From NCBI GenBank assembly GCA_026770705.1, contig JANJGN010000150.1, forward strand, positions 744,001 through 808,000: a stretch of 64,000 nt of DNA, written 5' to 3'. The notes under the pieces were generated by a model. It saw nothing but the letters and a program-made list of their open reading frames with translations, made no database searches and had not been told where the DNA came from. This document shows, piece by piece, positions 37,357 to 51,886 of this stretch (the first letter of the stretch is position 1; every line of letters starts with the position of its first letter). This DNA comes from Isurus oxyrinchus (Eukaryota). A program made the translations under genes and the position numbers.

Positions 37357-37680
37357 ACTTACAGGAGAATGAGTCCCCAGGGTTGTAGAGTCAATCCTGT
37401 CAGATGAATGTCTAACTGGAGACACTTCAGGGAGCTGATCTAATTCTGGAAATGTTCAGTTTACCAGGATCGGAGGAGAGATGATCTTCCTCTCCTGACT
37501 GCATCGGACACGAGGTGAACTGGCTCTGGGAGGAGGGTCAGTGTTAACCCAGTTTTTCTGTGTTTGAGGGAGATGTGAAACTGGGGAAGTCACGTGGTTT
37601 TTTGGTGTGGTAACTCCATGTCTTTATTTGGTGCAGCACTCATTTAGTTCATGTCGTTGTTTCAATGCTACAAAACCACA
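37357..37680 (-). promoter_or_regulatory. candidate myeloid-type promoter/non-coding exon 1 upstream of gene C
   Basis: Unique island with a GTAAGT donor at 37362-37357. Cluster of GAAACTGGGGAAGT (IRF/PU.1-like), CACGTG (E-box) and TGTGGT/ACCACA (RUNX) at 37575-37680. Confidence 0.3.
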
Positions 37681-37794
37681 GTGCATTCTGGACTATTTCT
37701 GCCTGACCTGCTGTCAGATACACACAGTCTGACAGAGAGGCGGAAAAGTGGTCCCTAGCAACGTGTGTAACTGTGAACTCGGCTCAGTCAGAAT

Positions 37795-37832
<38 letters not shown>

Positions 37833-38280
37833 ATGCACACTCACACATGCACACATACCCTCAAACACACACTCTTTTGCACAAACACTTTCTCTTTCAC
37901 ACACACACATACACACACACACTCTCTCTCTCACACACATGTTCTCTCTCACTCCCTCTCTCAAACGCACAATCTCCCTTTCTCTCAATCTCACACACAC
38001 ACTATCACATACACAAATACTCTCTCACAGACACACACTCTCTTTTGCACGCAAACTATCTCACACATACATTCTCTCTCTATCTTTCTCTCTCACACGT
38101 ATACTCTCTCTCACTCTCACATAGACATTCTCTTTCTCTCACACACTCTCTCACACACACAAGCTACCTCCCTCTCTCATGCACACACACTCTAACTCTC
38201 TTTTGCTCTCTCACACATACACACTCAGTCTCTCACACATACATTGTCTCTCTCTCTCTCACACAAACGCACTCTCTCTC
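37795..38280 (+). repeat. CA/CT compound microsatellite
   Basis: Direct inspection. Confidence 0.85.
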
Positions 38281-38619
38281 TTCGAGATGGAAGGTTGGTG
38301 TTTTGAGACCATGTCAAGGTTTCAGCTCAAAATGCGGACGGACTCTCCCCAGTAAGGGAGTGCTGAGGGAGTGCTGCACTGTTGGAAGGTCAGTACTGAG
38401 GGAGTGCTGCACTGTCGGAGGGTCAGTACTGAGGGAGTGCTGCACTCCCAGAGGGTCAGTACTGAGGGAGTGCTGCACTCCCAGAGGGTCAATGCTGAAC
38501 GAATGCCACACTGTCAAAGGGTCAGTGCTGAGCGAGTGCTGCACTGTTGGAGGGTGAGCGTTGAGGAAGTGCTGCACTGTCACTGTCACTGACCATCCGA
38601 CAGTGCACTGTCACCTAGG

Positions 38620-39214
38620 CAGGTGGAGATTATTCCATCACACTCCTGACCTGTGCCTTGAGGTTGATGGACAGGCTTTGGGGAGTCAGGAGATGAGTTA
38701 CTCACCACAGGATTCCCAGCCTCTGGCCTGCTCTTGTAGTCACAGTGTTTATATGGCTAGTCCAGTTCAGTTTCTGGTCAACGTTAACCCCCAGCGTGTT
38801 GAGAGTGGGGGATTCAGCAATGGTGATGCCATTGGACATTAATGGGAGATGGATATATTCTCTCTGGTTGGAGATGGTCATTGCCTGGCACTTGTGTGGC
38901 ATGAATGTTACTTGCCACTTGTCAGGCCAAGCCTGGATATTGTCAAGGTCTTGCTGCATTTGGACATGGACTGCTTCAGCATCTGATGAGTCATGAATGA
39001 TGTTGAACGTTGTGCAATCATCAGCGACCTTCCATAATTCTGACCATCTGATAGAATGAATGTCATTGATGAAGCAGCTGAAGATGTTTGGGCCTAGGAC
39101 ACTACACTGAGCAACTCCTGCAGTGATATCCTGGAACTGAGATGACTGACCTCCAACAACCACAACCACCTTCCTTTGTACTTGGTATGAATCCAATGAG
39201 TGGAGAGTTTTCCC
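38620..39214 (-). mobile_element. LINE RT fragment
   Basis: VVVGGQSSQFQDITAGVAQCSVLGPNIFSCFIND..ADD..MQQDLDNIQAW. Confidence 0.85.
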
Positions 39215-40105
39215 TGTGACATGACATGGCAGATGATGTGTGCTTGGTGCTCCAAATCCACAAGGGAAAATTGGTCATGCTATCACAATAGTTTTGCAAT
39301 TTGTATTTATTATAAGAAGCGTGCACTGAATTCAGGAGTAATGAGATGACCACAACCTTTAGAGATTTTAAAAATTGGATTAAGATATTTATTAACAAAA
39401 TAAAAGATTTCAAGCACAGACATAATACCACAGTTAGTTACAGCTAAAATATATTCTCAAATTCCTAATTAACCTGACTCCCAGTTACAGAGCCCGTTTA
39501 ATGCAACAGTCGAAAATAAGATTTTAGATTAAAAACAAACCCAGCGAGTTAACACAGCACACACTTGACAGTGGAATTCTAAATGGATTTCTCCAACTTT
39601 ATTTACTGAACATAACAGACTTATGCACAAATGCCTGGAGGCTTCTTCAAGCCTGTTTCACACACTCCTGTTAGATCTTACATGGCCCCAACATAGTCTT
39701 TCATTCTCCTTTATACATGTTTCTCTCTCTTTGATGTAAATTCTTTGGAACTGTACCTTTCCCATAATATAAACTTTCATGTTGCCAATATTGTCAATGA
39801 AGTTTGGGTAAAATTAAAAAAAACTCCTTAGCTTTGCTTATTGGGCTTGTCCTAAACAGACCAACATCCCTTTGAAATCAAAACAACCCCTTCACACCTT
39901 ACATGTTAACACAGCCTCCATGTGTTCTCATTAGCATTTCAAGTACATTTCTACATCTAGCTTCTTTTGATAATCTCAAGCTTGCAGTCTACCTGACTCC
40001 AGATGTAATTAAACCACACAGACAGATCCATCTACACTCACACTCATAAACCTACTTTAAAACAAACCAGGAAAATATTAAGCAAATTATTATACTTTCG
40101 TACCA
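39215..40105. mobile_element. solo-LTR-like element inserted into a LINE fragment
   Basis: TG...CA ends. It interrupts the LINE sequence ggagagttttccc|...|cccctgattcccattgactcc, which is seen uninterrupted at ~19211-19240. Confidence 0.65.
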
Positions 40106-40396
40106 CCCCTGATTCCCATTGACTCCAGTTATGCTCGGGCTCCTAGATGCCACACTCGGTCAAATGCAGCCATGATGTCAAAGGCAGTCATTCTCGTCTC
40201 ACCTTGTATTAACAGATGTAACATTATACATAATTCATAAGCTTCTCACAATCTTTGACAGCATGGAAAAAGATGCAGCATTCAGAAAGCTCACTCAGAA
40301 CCAATAAAAAAAAGTTGAGCAACATCATATTTCTGTTCATTACTATTTGGCCATGTTGGCTGCACACACCCCACAGCCCCGCTCCCTGTTTCACAC

Positions 40397-40645
40397 TCAG
40401 TTTTTCTGGAACCTGATCTGTGCGTATTCCGTGTCCTCGCTCCTGTGCACAGTCCTGTCACCGCCGGGCAGCTTTGAAAAGTTGATGTTGGCGTAGAAAA
40501 GCTCGTCTGGTTTGTCGGAGTTCCCATGTCCAACATCGCCTCCCACTGGACCTTCAGAGAGACCCCGGGGAGCTGGGGTCTCCCCCTCACTAGTTGTGTC
40601 TCTGGTTGTGTTCCGGGGCTCAGTAATCAGCACGTTCTGTTTACC
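40397..40645 (-). CDS. gene A last coding exon with ITIM (LFYANI, 40501-40484) and ITSM/ITIM-like motif (TEYAQI, 40432-40415)
   Basis: tttctctgtAG| acceptor, phase 0. Motifs match (I/L/V/S)xYxx(L/V/I) and TxYxx(I/V). Stop at 40397. Confidence 0.88.
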   Translation of the reverse strand, partial: GKQNVLITEPRNTTRDTTSEGETPAPRGLSEGPVGGDVGHGNSDKPDELFYANINFSKLPGGDRTVHRSEDTEYAQIRFQKN

Positions 40646-43600
40646 CTACAGAGAAATGGAAACAGAAGACATCCTCACATCATTTACTGGCACTGATAGG
40701 GTTAAATTATTGTGCAGCCTCATTAGTGTCAGTCGTGTCTCAGTGGGTTTAAGCCTTTTTTCACTCTCTTTCTCTGTCTCTCTTTCTCTCTCGCTTTCTC
40801 TCTCTCTTTATAATTTAATCTCTATCACACTCCAACAGTGCAGCACTCCCTCAATACTGACCCTCTGACAGTGCAGCACTCCCTCAATACTGACCCTCTG
40901 ACAGTGCAGCACTCCCTCAATACTGACCCTCCGACAATGCAGTACTCCCTCAGTACTGACTCTCTGACAGTGCAGCACTCCCTCAGTACTGACCCTCCAA
41001 CAGTGCAGCACTCCCTCAATACTGACCCTCTGACAGTGCAGCACTCCCTCAATACTGACCCTCTGACAGTGCAGCACTCCCTCAGTACTGACCCTCTGAC
41101 AGTGCAGCACTCCCTCACTACTGACCCTCCGACAGTGCAGCACTCCCTCAGTACTGACTCTCTGACAGTGCAGCACTCCCTCAGTACTGACCCGCTGACA
41201 GTGCAGCACTTCCTCAGTACTGATCATCCGACAGTGCAGCACTCCCTCAGTACTGACCCTCCGACAGTGCAGCACTCCCTCAGTAATGACACTCTGACAG
41301 TGCACAACTCCCTCAGTACTGACCCTCCGACAGTGCAGCACTCCCTCAGTACTGACCCTCCGACAGTGCAGCACTCCCTCAGTACTGACACTCTGACATT
41401 GCAGCACTCCCTCAGTACTGACCCTCCGACAGTGTAGCACTCCCTCACTACTGACATCAGGTGCCTTGTCATTATTGTGTTCAGATTTCTGGTCAAAGAG
41501 CGAGTGATGGAGGGTGACAGCGGCTGGGAGCGAGAGACAGTGCTGACCACTGAGCCATTGCTTCACAGGGAGATATCTGTGTGTAACCCGGCTGGGAATC
41601 TGGGACACGTGTTGTCTACACACTGAGGTTGAAGCTTTGAAGTGAGTGTAAACAGCTCCTGTACCTGGTGCTTCACAGAGAGTGACCTGGGGTTCAATGC
41701 AATGTCACTGGTCCCTGAAACTCTCTCCTGCGTCGCTGTCTTTCTCCTGCAATAACACAATATCACACTGTGGTTATCATATAGCTGAGAGTCAGTGCAG
41801 CACAGACACAGAGACCACTGTAACCGTACAGCAACGGCTGGACTGTCTCTAGTTCCAATAAGGGGTATCAGCGTGACATCACTATAATGGAAGTGTGTCA
41901 TGTGATCCAATCTCAGTTTGACATTTGCTTTGAGCAGAGCACACACTCACAGCTCTGATGCCTTCAATCTTTCTCCATATGTATAACTGTTCTCGTGCCG
42001 AGTCTTGATAAACAAATCATTAACATTCTCACCAAATCCCCTATGAGTGATTGGTGTTTTCTGTCTTATACAGTAAATAAGCCTAAGGTATAATATCATT
42101 ATAATGACACGCCATATCTTTGACCCCCCCCTCCACCCCTGCTCTTCCCCCCATAGCCCTTCAAATGTTCCCCCTTCAAGTATTTATCCAATTCCCCTTT
42201 TGAAAGATCCTATTGAATCTGCTTCCACCGCCCTTTCAGGCAGCACCTTCCAGATCACAGCAACTGATTATTATTCATCTGGATAACGGGCAATGAAAAA
42301 CACTCTCTGGATCATAACGGATAAAGAGACCAGTTAGGGAGAGGCATCTGGCGCTTAACACAAGGGAAACAATCACCGACTTCAGGAAAGAACATTGAAG
42401 CAAATGTTTATATTAAAATCAAGTTAAATCTTCAGACTTACTTTCTCACACAGATGAAGATGAAGATTCCAGCCAGGAAAACACTCAACATGATCCCAGC
42501 CGTGAACAATCCTACTGTCCATTTACTGGAGTCTCTACCTGTAAAAACAGCCATTAATTACTGCACTACAGGTTTACAATGATGCTCCGATGTATCTCGA
42601 GAAGCGATACACTCACTCAGTGTTTAAATACTCATTCTCGGGCAATGCTGACATTTATTGTCCATCCCTAGTTTCCCCTTGAGAAGGTGGTGGGGGGTCT
42701 TCCTCCTGAACCACTGGTTTGTCCCAAACTGGGAGACCAGTTCAGAGGGCAGGTAAGAGTTAACCATGTTGGTGTCTGAGACTGGAGTCACATCCACATC
42801 GAGACATGCTTCCCTCCCTAAAGGGTATGTAGTCTCTACACATGTAACAACCAACCTCACTGAAATAATCGACTATCAGGTCATTATCACACGGTGGTTT
42901 GCGGGATCTTGCTGTGCACAAATCAGTACCTGTGTTTCCTACATTACAAAAGTGTGCTCACTTCGATAATGCTTCATTGGCTGTTGAATGTTTAGTAATT
43001 TCTAAGCAATTTATGAATACAAGTGTTGCATTTCAAAGTAATCCATGTAACATTTATATATATTTATCAATTAAAGAATGAGAAGTTCAGCAATTAAAAG
43101 GGTTGTTCAGGACAGTTAGAGAGAGAAAGGTCGTCAAGTATGGAGATTGGAAACGAAGACCTGACAGCCTTGTCCTCACAACCATTGAAGGAGAAACTGA
43201 GAGCAAAAACAGAAAGGGAGAGGAAAAATTGGGTGTGTGGATAACGTGGACTGAGCGAGGATTGAAGAAAACTGGATTAAAAACAACACGATCCCAATGG
43301 CTCCACGGAGACCACGGAGACAACAAACAAACAAATGTATCTCCACACTCACGTTCCACAGTGATGGTTATGAACCCATCCACTGCTCCATGTTCATTCT
43401 CTGCCACACACTGATAGTCTCCAGTGTCCCTGGATGTAACGTGAGGAATCACCAACCACAGCTCATTGTTGGAACTTGTTCTGTTCATTGGGACATTAAG
43501 ATGTCGCCACGTCAGGTTAGAAGCTGGGAAGCTCTCGACAGAGCAGATTATCATTGTAGAATTCCCCTCAATTATATTGATCGATGAAGCGTTAATCATA

Positions 43601-44323
43601 TCAAGAGAAGTAAATGAGAGATTCTGTGGAGCATCTAAGAACAAATCAAGTGTTTAAAAGTGAGCAAGCACAGTTTACAGCAAGACTCCATGCATCATCT
43701 CTCTGTATCTGATGTCTGTATGCATAGCCAGGTCCCTCCACTCCATATAACTTCCATTGTCAAATTTATAGTGGGCACTGCCTATGTAAACAGTCAAACT
43801 GCAGTTACATTCTCCCAACAGTAGAGGTGCTGTCCACCTAGAATGAAAGAAACTTTCACATCCTCAGGATATACCCAAGGGCTTGACAGGCAATGATTGT
43901 ATTTGATTGATGGAGCACTGAGGGCTAAATCTACAATCTCTGTTCAGGAGGTTGCTCATCCAATTCAGGGTCTTGTTGATCTGGAGTTTACCTTCCTTCA
44001 ACACAGAATCAGAGCTGATACCGAGACTCCAGTGCAGCACTGAGAGAGGACAGGGAACTCACACATGTGTTTGTGTTTGTGTGTTTTAGTATGTTTGTGT
44101 TTCTGCACAAGAGAGTATGTTTATGTGTGCGTGTGTGTATGTGTTTGTGCATGTGTGCGTGTGCCTGTTTGTATACATCTGTGCATGAGTGAGTGTGTGC
44201 ATGTGTATGTCTATGTGTGTGCACATGTGACTGTGTGTGTGAGTTGAGTGTGTGTGTGTTTCTGTGTATGTGTTTCAACATGCATCACTGTGTGTGTAAG
44301 TGTGCGTGTATGTGTCTACACAT

Positions 44324-44384
<61 letters not shown>

Positions 44385-47300
44385 TGATGTTGAAGTTTGC
44401 AGTAACTCACGTTCCACAGTGATGGTTATGAATCCCTCCACTGCTCCATGTTCATTCTCTGCCACACACTGATAGTCTCCAGTGTCCCTGGATGTAACGT
44501 GAGGAATCACCAACCACAGCTCATTGTTGGAACTTGTTCTGTTCATTGGGACATTAAGATGTCGCCACATCAGGTTAGAAGCTGGGAAGCTCTCGACAGA
44601 GCAGATTATCACTGCAGAATTCCCCTCAATTATCTTGATCGATGAAGCGTTATTCATATCAAGAGAAGTAATTGATGGGTTCCGTGGTGCATCTAAATAC
44701 AAATAAAGGTTTCATTGTGAGCAAACACAGTGCACAGCAAGACTCCATGATACATCTCTCTCTATTTGGTGTCTATGTGCATTTCAAGGTTTCTGTCCTG
44801 TTTTAAGTTCCTATGTCAACTTTTATAATGGTCACTGCCAGCGTTTTTCTTTTTGTACATTCATGGGAAGTGGATGTATCTACCTAGAGCAGCATTTATT
44901 ACCCATCCCTAATTGCCCTTGAGGAGGTGGTGGTGAGTTTTTCACCCCCACAGAATTCCCAGCCTCTGACCGGCTCCTATAGCCACAGTTTTATTGGCCG
45001 GTCCAGTTAGTTGTTTGGTTAACATCCCCCAGGATGTTGATCGTGGGGGATTCAGTGATAGTAAACTCACTGAACATCAAGGGGAGATGGTTAGATTCTC
45101 TCTTGTTGGACATGATCACTGCCTGGTACTTGTGATGCATTAATTGTCTCAGCCCAAGCTGAGTGTTGTTCAGCTCTTGCTGCGTCTGGATATGTAAACT
45201 GTCACGCTGTAATTACAGCCTTCCACCAGAGGAGACACTGTCAGGCTAGAAGAAAAGAAAATGTCTTTCACATCATCAGGATGTTCACAGGGATTTGACA
45301 GTGGAGGAATTGCTTTAGAATAATGGGGTATTGAGTGATAAACCTACAATTCTCTGTGCAGGAGGCTGCTCGTCCAATACAGGGTCTTGTTCAGCTGATG
45401 TCGTCAGTGTTTCAGAGCAGAATCTGGAGCAACACTCCAGTGCAGCACAGGGAGAACAGACAACTCATACATGTCTGTGTGTGTGTGAGCAAGCACACGT
45501 GTGATTCTGTATGTATGCTTCTGTGTGTGAACATGCAGGCGTGCACACCTGTGCACATGTGGGATTCCACATGAATGCTTGTTTGTGTGCACGTGTCTGT
45601 GTGTGTGTGTTTGTGTGAGTGTGTGTGTATATGTGCGAGTAATGTTGAAGTTTGTGTTAACTCACATTCCACAGTGATGGTTATGAATCCCTCCACTGCT
45701 CCATGTTCATTCTCTGCCACACACTGATAGTCTCCAGTGTCCCTGGATGTAACGTGAGGAATTACCAACCACAGCTCATTGTTGGAACTTGTTCTGTTCA
45801 TTGGGACATTAAGATGTCGCCACGTCAGGTTAGAAGATGGGAAGCTCTCGACAGAGCAGATTATCACTGCAGAATTCCCCTCAATTATATTGATCGATGA
45901 AGTGTTAATCATATCAAGAGAAGTAATTGAGAGATCCTGTGGTGCATCTAAAAACAAATCAAGTGTTTAAAAGTGAGCAAGCTAAGTGCACAGCAAGACG
46001 TCATGCATCATCTCTCTGTATCTGATATCTGAATGCATTTCCAGGTAACTTTCCTCAGGATAAGGTCTTATGGCACATTTATAATTGACAGTGCCTATGT
46101 AAACTGTCACACTGCAGTTGCATTCTCCCACCAGTAGAGGTGTTGTCCATCTAGAATGAAAGAAGCTTGCTTTCACATCCTTAGGATTTCGCAAAGGGCT
46201 GGACAGGCAATGAATTGTATTTGATTGATGGAGCAATTAGGAGTAAATCTACATATCTCTGTTCAGGAGGTTGCTCCATCCAGTTCAGGGTTTTGTTGAT
46301 CTGGAGTTTACCTTCCTTCAACACAGAATCGGAGCTGATACTGAGACTCCAGTGCAGCACTGAGAGAGGACAGGGAACTCACGCATGTATATGTGTGTGT
46401 TTGTGTTTCTGCACAAGTGAGCGTGTTTGTGTGTGTATGCACACATGTGTCTGTGTATGCACTTGTGCATGTGTCTGTGTGTCTACGTCTGTCCATGAGT
46501 GAGAGTATGTGCATGTGTGTGTCTATATGTGGGCATGAATATGTGTGTGTTTGAGATGGGTGTGTATTTTCCTGTGTATGTGTTTGTGTGTGTATGCATG
46601 TGTGTGTAAAGTTATGCATGTGTGTGCCTACAGGTGTCTGTCTGGGTGTGTGTGTGTGTCTGTGTGCGTGTGCGTGTGCGTGTGTGTGTGTGTGTGTCTG
46701 TGGGTGATGTTGAAGTTTGCAGTAACTCACGTTCCACAGTGATGGTTATGAATCCCTCCACTGCTCCATGTTCATTCTCTGCCACACACTGATAGTCTCC
46801 AGTGTCCCTGGATGTAACGTGAGGAATCACCAACCACAGCTCATTGTTGGAACTTGTTCTGTTCATTGGGACATTAAGATGTCGCCACATCAGGTTAGAA
46901 GCTGGGAAGCTCTCGACAGAGCAGATTATCACGGCAGAATTCCCCTCAATTATATTGATCGATGAAGCGTTAATCATTTCAAGAGAATTAATTGAGAGAT
47001 TCTGTGGTGCGTCTAAAAACAAATAAAGATTTTAATGTGAGCAAGCTCAGTGCACAGCAAGACTCCATGCATCATCTCTCTGTATCTGATGTTGGAATGC
47101 TTTTCCAGGTACCTTCCCTCATGAAAAATTACTGTCATATTTATAATGGGCGCTTCCTATGTAAACTGTTACACGGCAGTTGCTTTCTCCCACCAGTAGA
47201 GTTGCTAACCGTCTAGAATGAAAGAAACATCCTTTAACACTCTCAAGATGTCCCCAAAGGCTTGACAGGCAATGAATTGTATTTGATCGATGGAGCACTG

Positions 47301-47444
47301 AGGGGTAAATCTACAATTCTCTGTTCAGGAAGTTGCTCATCCAATTCAGGGTCTTACTGATCTGGAGTTTACCTTCCTTCAGCACAGAATCAGAGCTGAT
47401 ACCAAGACTCCAGTGCAGCACTGAGAGAGGAGAGGCCGCGCATA

Positions 47445-47484
<40 letters not shown>

Positions 47485-48698
47485 TGTGTGTGTGTCTGTG
47501 TGTGTATGTCTGTGCTTGAGGGAGTGTGTGTGCATATGTGTGTCTATGTGTGCGCATGAATGATTGTATGTGTGAGTTGAGTTTGTGTGTGTTTCTGTGT
47601 ATGTGTTTGAACGTATGTTTGTGTGTAAGCGTGCATGTTTGTGTCTACACATGAGTATTTTTGCATGTGTGAGTATGTGTGTGTGTGAGTGATGTTGAAG
47701 TCTGTGTACACTCACATTCCACAGTGATGGTTATGAATCCCTCCACTGCTCCATGTTCATTCTCTGCCACACACTGATAGTCTCCAGTGTCCCTGGATGT
47801 AACGTGAGGAATCACCAACCACAGCTCATTGTAGCAACTTGTTCTGTTCATTGGGACATTAAGATGTCGCCACGTCAGGTTAGAAGCTGGGAAGCTTTTG
47901 ACAGAGCAGATTATCACTGCAGAATTCCCCTCAATTATATTGATCGATGAAGCATTAATCATTTCAAGAGAAGTAAATGAGAGATCCTGTGGTGAATCTA
48001 AGAACAAATCAAGTGTTTAATGTGAGCAAGTAAAGTGCACAGCAAGACTCCACGCATCATCTCTCTGTATCTGATGTCTGTATGCATTGGCAGGTACCGT
48101 CCCTCCATATAACTTCCACTGTCAAATTTATAATGGGCACTGCCTATGTAAACAGTCAAACTGCAGTTACATTCTCCCACCAGTAGAGGTGCTGTCCACC
48201 TAGAATGAAAGAAACTTTCACATCCTCAGGATTTTGCCAAGGGATTTACGGGAATGAATTGTATTTGATCGATGGAGCACTGAGGGGTAAATCTACAATT
48301 CTCTGTTCAGGAGGTTGCTCATCCAATTCAGGGTTTTGATGATCTGGAGTTTACCTTCCTACAACACAGAATCGGAGCTGATATCGAGACTCCAGTGCGG
48401 CACTGAGAGAGGAGCGGGACCTCACGTGTCTGTATGTTTGTGTTTGTGTTTCTGCAGATGTGAGTGTGTTTGTGTTGGTATGCACACATGTGTCTGTGTG
48501 TGCATGTGTGTATGTGTTTGCGCAAATGTGCATGTGTCTTTGTGTATATTTCTGTGCATAAGTGAATGTGTGTACATGTGTATGTGTATGTGTGGGCACG
48601 TGTGAGTGTGTGTGTGTGAGTTGACTGTGTGTATGTTTCTGTGTAGGTTTATGCACATGTATGACTGTGTGTAAATGTGCATGTATGTGCCCCCACAT

Positions 48699-48748
<50 letters not shown>

Positions 48749-50551
48749 AAGATGTTGAGGTCTGTGTAACTCACGTTCCACAGTGATGGTTATGAACCCA
48801 TCCACTGCTCCATGTTCATTCTCTGCCACACACTGATAGTCTCCAGTGTCCCTGGATGTAACGTGAGGAATCACCAACCACAGCTCATTGTTGGAACTTG
48901 TTCTGTTCACTGGGACATTAAGATGTCGCCACGTCAGGTTAGAAGCTGGGAAGCTCTCGACAGAGCAGATTATCACTGCAGGATTCCCCTCAATTATATT
49001 GATCGATGAAGCGTTAATCATACCAAGTGATGTAATTGAGACATCCTGTGGTGCATCTAAAAACATAGAAAAATTTTAATGTGAGCAAATATAGTGCACA
49101 GCAAGACTCCATGCATCATGTCTCTGTATCTGATGTCTGAATGCATTTCCAGGTAACTTCCATCAGGATAAGGTCTTATGGCACATTTATAATTGACACT
49201 GCTTATGTAAACTGTCACACTGCAGTTGCATTCTCCCACCAGTAGAGGTGTTGTCCATTTAGAATGAAAGAAGCTTGCTTTCACATCCTCAGGATTTCGC
49301 AAAGGGCTGGACAGGCAATGAATTTTATTTGATCGAGGGAGCATTTAGGGGTAAATCTACATTTCTCTGTTCAGGAGGTTGCTCCATCCAATTCAGGGTC
49401 TTGTTGATTTGGAGTTTACCTTCCTTCAACACAGAATTGGAGCTGACACCGAGACTCCAGTGCAGCACTGAGAGAGGACAGGGAACTCACGCGTGTGTAT
49501 GTGTGTGTGTGTGTTTCTGCACAAGTGAGCGTGTTTGTGTGTGTATGCACACATGTGTCTGTGTATGCACTTGCGCATGTGTCTGTGTGTCTACGTCTGT
49601 CCATGAGTGAGAGTATGTGCATGTGTGTGTCTATGTGTGGGCATGAATATGTGTGTGTTTGAGATGGGTGTGTATTTTCCTGTGTATGTGTTTGTGTGTG
49701 TATGACTGTGTGTGTATAATTATGCATGTGTGTGCCTACAGGTGTCTGTCTGGGTGTGTGTGTGTGTCTGTGTGCGTGTGCGTGTGCGTGTGTGTGTGTG
49801 TGTCTGTAGGTGATGTTGAAGTTTGCAGTAACTCACGTTCCACAGTGATGGTTATGAATCCCTCCACTGCTCCATGTTCATTCTCTGCCACACACTGATA
49901 GTCTCCAGTGTCCCTGGATGTAACGTGAGGAATCACCAACCACAGCTCATTGTTGGAACTTGTTCTGTTCATTGGGACATTAAGATGTCGCCACGTCAGG
50001 TTAGAAGCTGGGAAGCTCTCGACAGAGCAGATTATCACTGCAGAATTCCCCTCAATTATATTGATCGATGAAGCGTTAATCATATCTGGAGAAGTAATTG
50101 AGAGACTCTGTGGTGCGTCTAAAAGAAATAAAGATTTTAATGTGAGCAAGCACAGTGCACAGCAAGACTCCATGCATCATGTCTCTGTATCTGATGTTGG
50201 AATGCATTTCCAGGTACCTTCCCTCATGAAAAAATACTGTCACATTTATAATGGGCACTTCCTCTGTAAACTGTCACACGGCAGTTGCTTTTTCCCACCA
50301 GTAGAGTTGCTAACCCTCTAGAATGAAAGAAACATCCTTTAACACTCTCAAGATGTCCCCAAAGGCTTGACAGGCAATGAATTGTATTTGATCGATGGAG
50401 CACTGATGGGTAAATCTACAATTCTCTGTTCAGGAGGTTGCTCATCCAATTCACGGTCTTGCTGATCTGGAGTTTACCTTCCTTCAGCACAGAATCAGAG
50501 CTGATACCAAGACTCCAGTGCAGCACTGAGAGAGGAGAGGCCGCTCATACT

Positions 50552-50586
<35 letters not shown>

Positions 50587-50636
50587 GCAAGTGAGTTTGT
50601 ATTTGTGTGTATGCGCGTGTCTGTCAGCGCATATGT

Positions 50637-50671
<35 letters not shown>

Positions 50672-51847
50672 TGTGCTTGAGGGAGTGTGTGTGCATATGT
50701 GTCTCTATGTGTGCGCATGAATGATTGTATGTGTGAGTTGAGTTTGTGTGTGTTTCTGCGTATGTGTTTGAACGTATGTTTGTGTGTAAGCGTGCATGTT
50801 TGTGTCTACACGTGAGTGTTTTTGCATGTGTGAGTGTGTGTGTGTGAGTGATGTTGAAGTCTGTGTACACTCACATTCCACAGTGATGGTTATGAATCCC
50901 TCCACTGCTCCATGTTCATTCTCTGCCACACACTGATAGTCTCCAGTGTCCCTGGATGTAACGTGAGGAATCACCAACCACAGCTCATTGTTGGAACTTG
51001 TTCTGTTCATTGGGACATTAAGATGTCGCCACGTCAGGTTAGAAGCTGGGAAGCTCTTGACAGAGCAGATTATCACTGCAGAATTCCCCTCAATTATATT
51101 GATCGATGAAGCGTTAATCATACCAAGTGAAGTAATTGAGACATCCTGTGGTGCATCTAAAAACATAGAAAGATTTTAATGTGAGCAAATATAGTGCACA
51201 GCAAGACTCCATGCATCATGTCTCTGTATCTGATGTCTGAATGCATTTCCAGGTAACTTCCCTCAGGATAAGGTCTTATGGCACATTTATAATTGACACT
51301 GCCTATGTAAACTGTCACACTGCAGTTGCATTCTCCCACCAGTAGAGGTGTTGTCCATTTAGAATGAAAGAAGCTTGCTTTCACATCCTCAGGATTTCGC
51401 AAAGGGCTGGACAGGCAATGAATTGTATTTGATTGATGGAGCACTTAGGGGTAAATCTACAATTCGCTGTTCAGGAGGTTGCTCATCCAATTCAGGGTCT
51501 TGTTGATCTGGAGTTTACCTTCCTTCAACACAGAATTGGAGCTGACACCGAGACTCCAGTGCAGCCCTGAGAGAGGAGAGGGAGCTCACGCGTGTGTATG
51601 TGTGTGTCTGTGTTTGCTTTTCTGCACAGGTGAGTGTGCTTGTGTGTGTATGCACACCTGTATCTGTGTGTGCGCATGCACGCGTTTCTGTGTGTCTACG
51701 TCTGTCCATAAGTGAGTGAATGTGCATGTGTGTGTCTATGTTTGGGCATGAATATGTGTGTGTGATTGAGATGGGTGTGTATTTTCCTGTGTATGTGTTT
51801 GTACGTGTATGAATGTGTGTATATAATTATGCATGTGTATGCTTACA

Positions 51848-51886
<39 letters not shown>

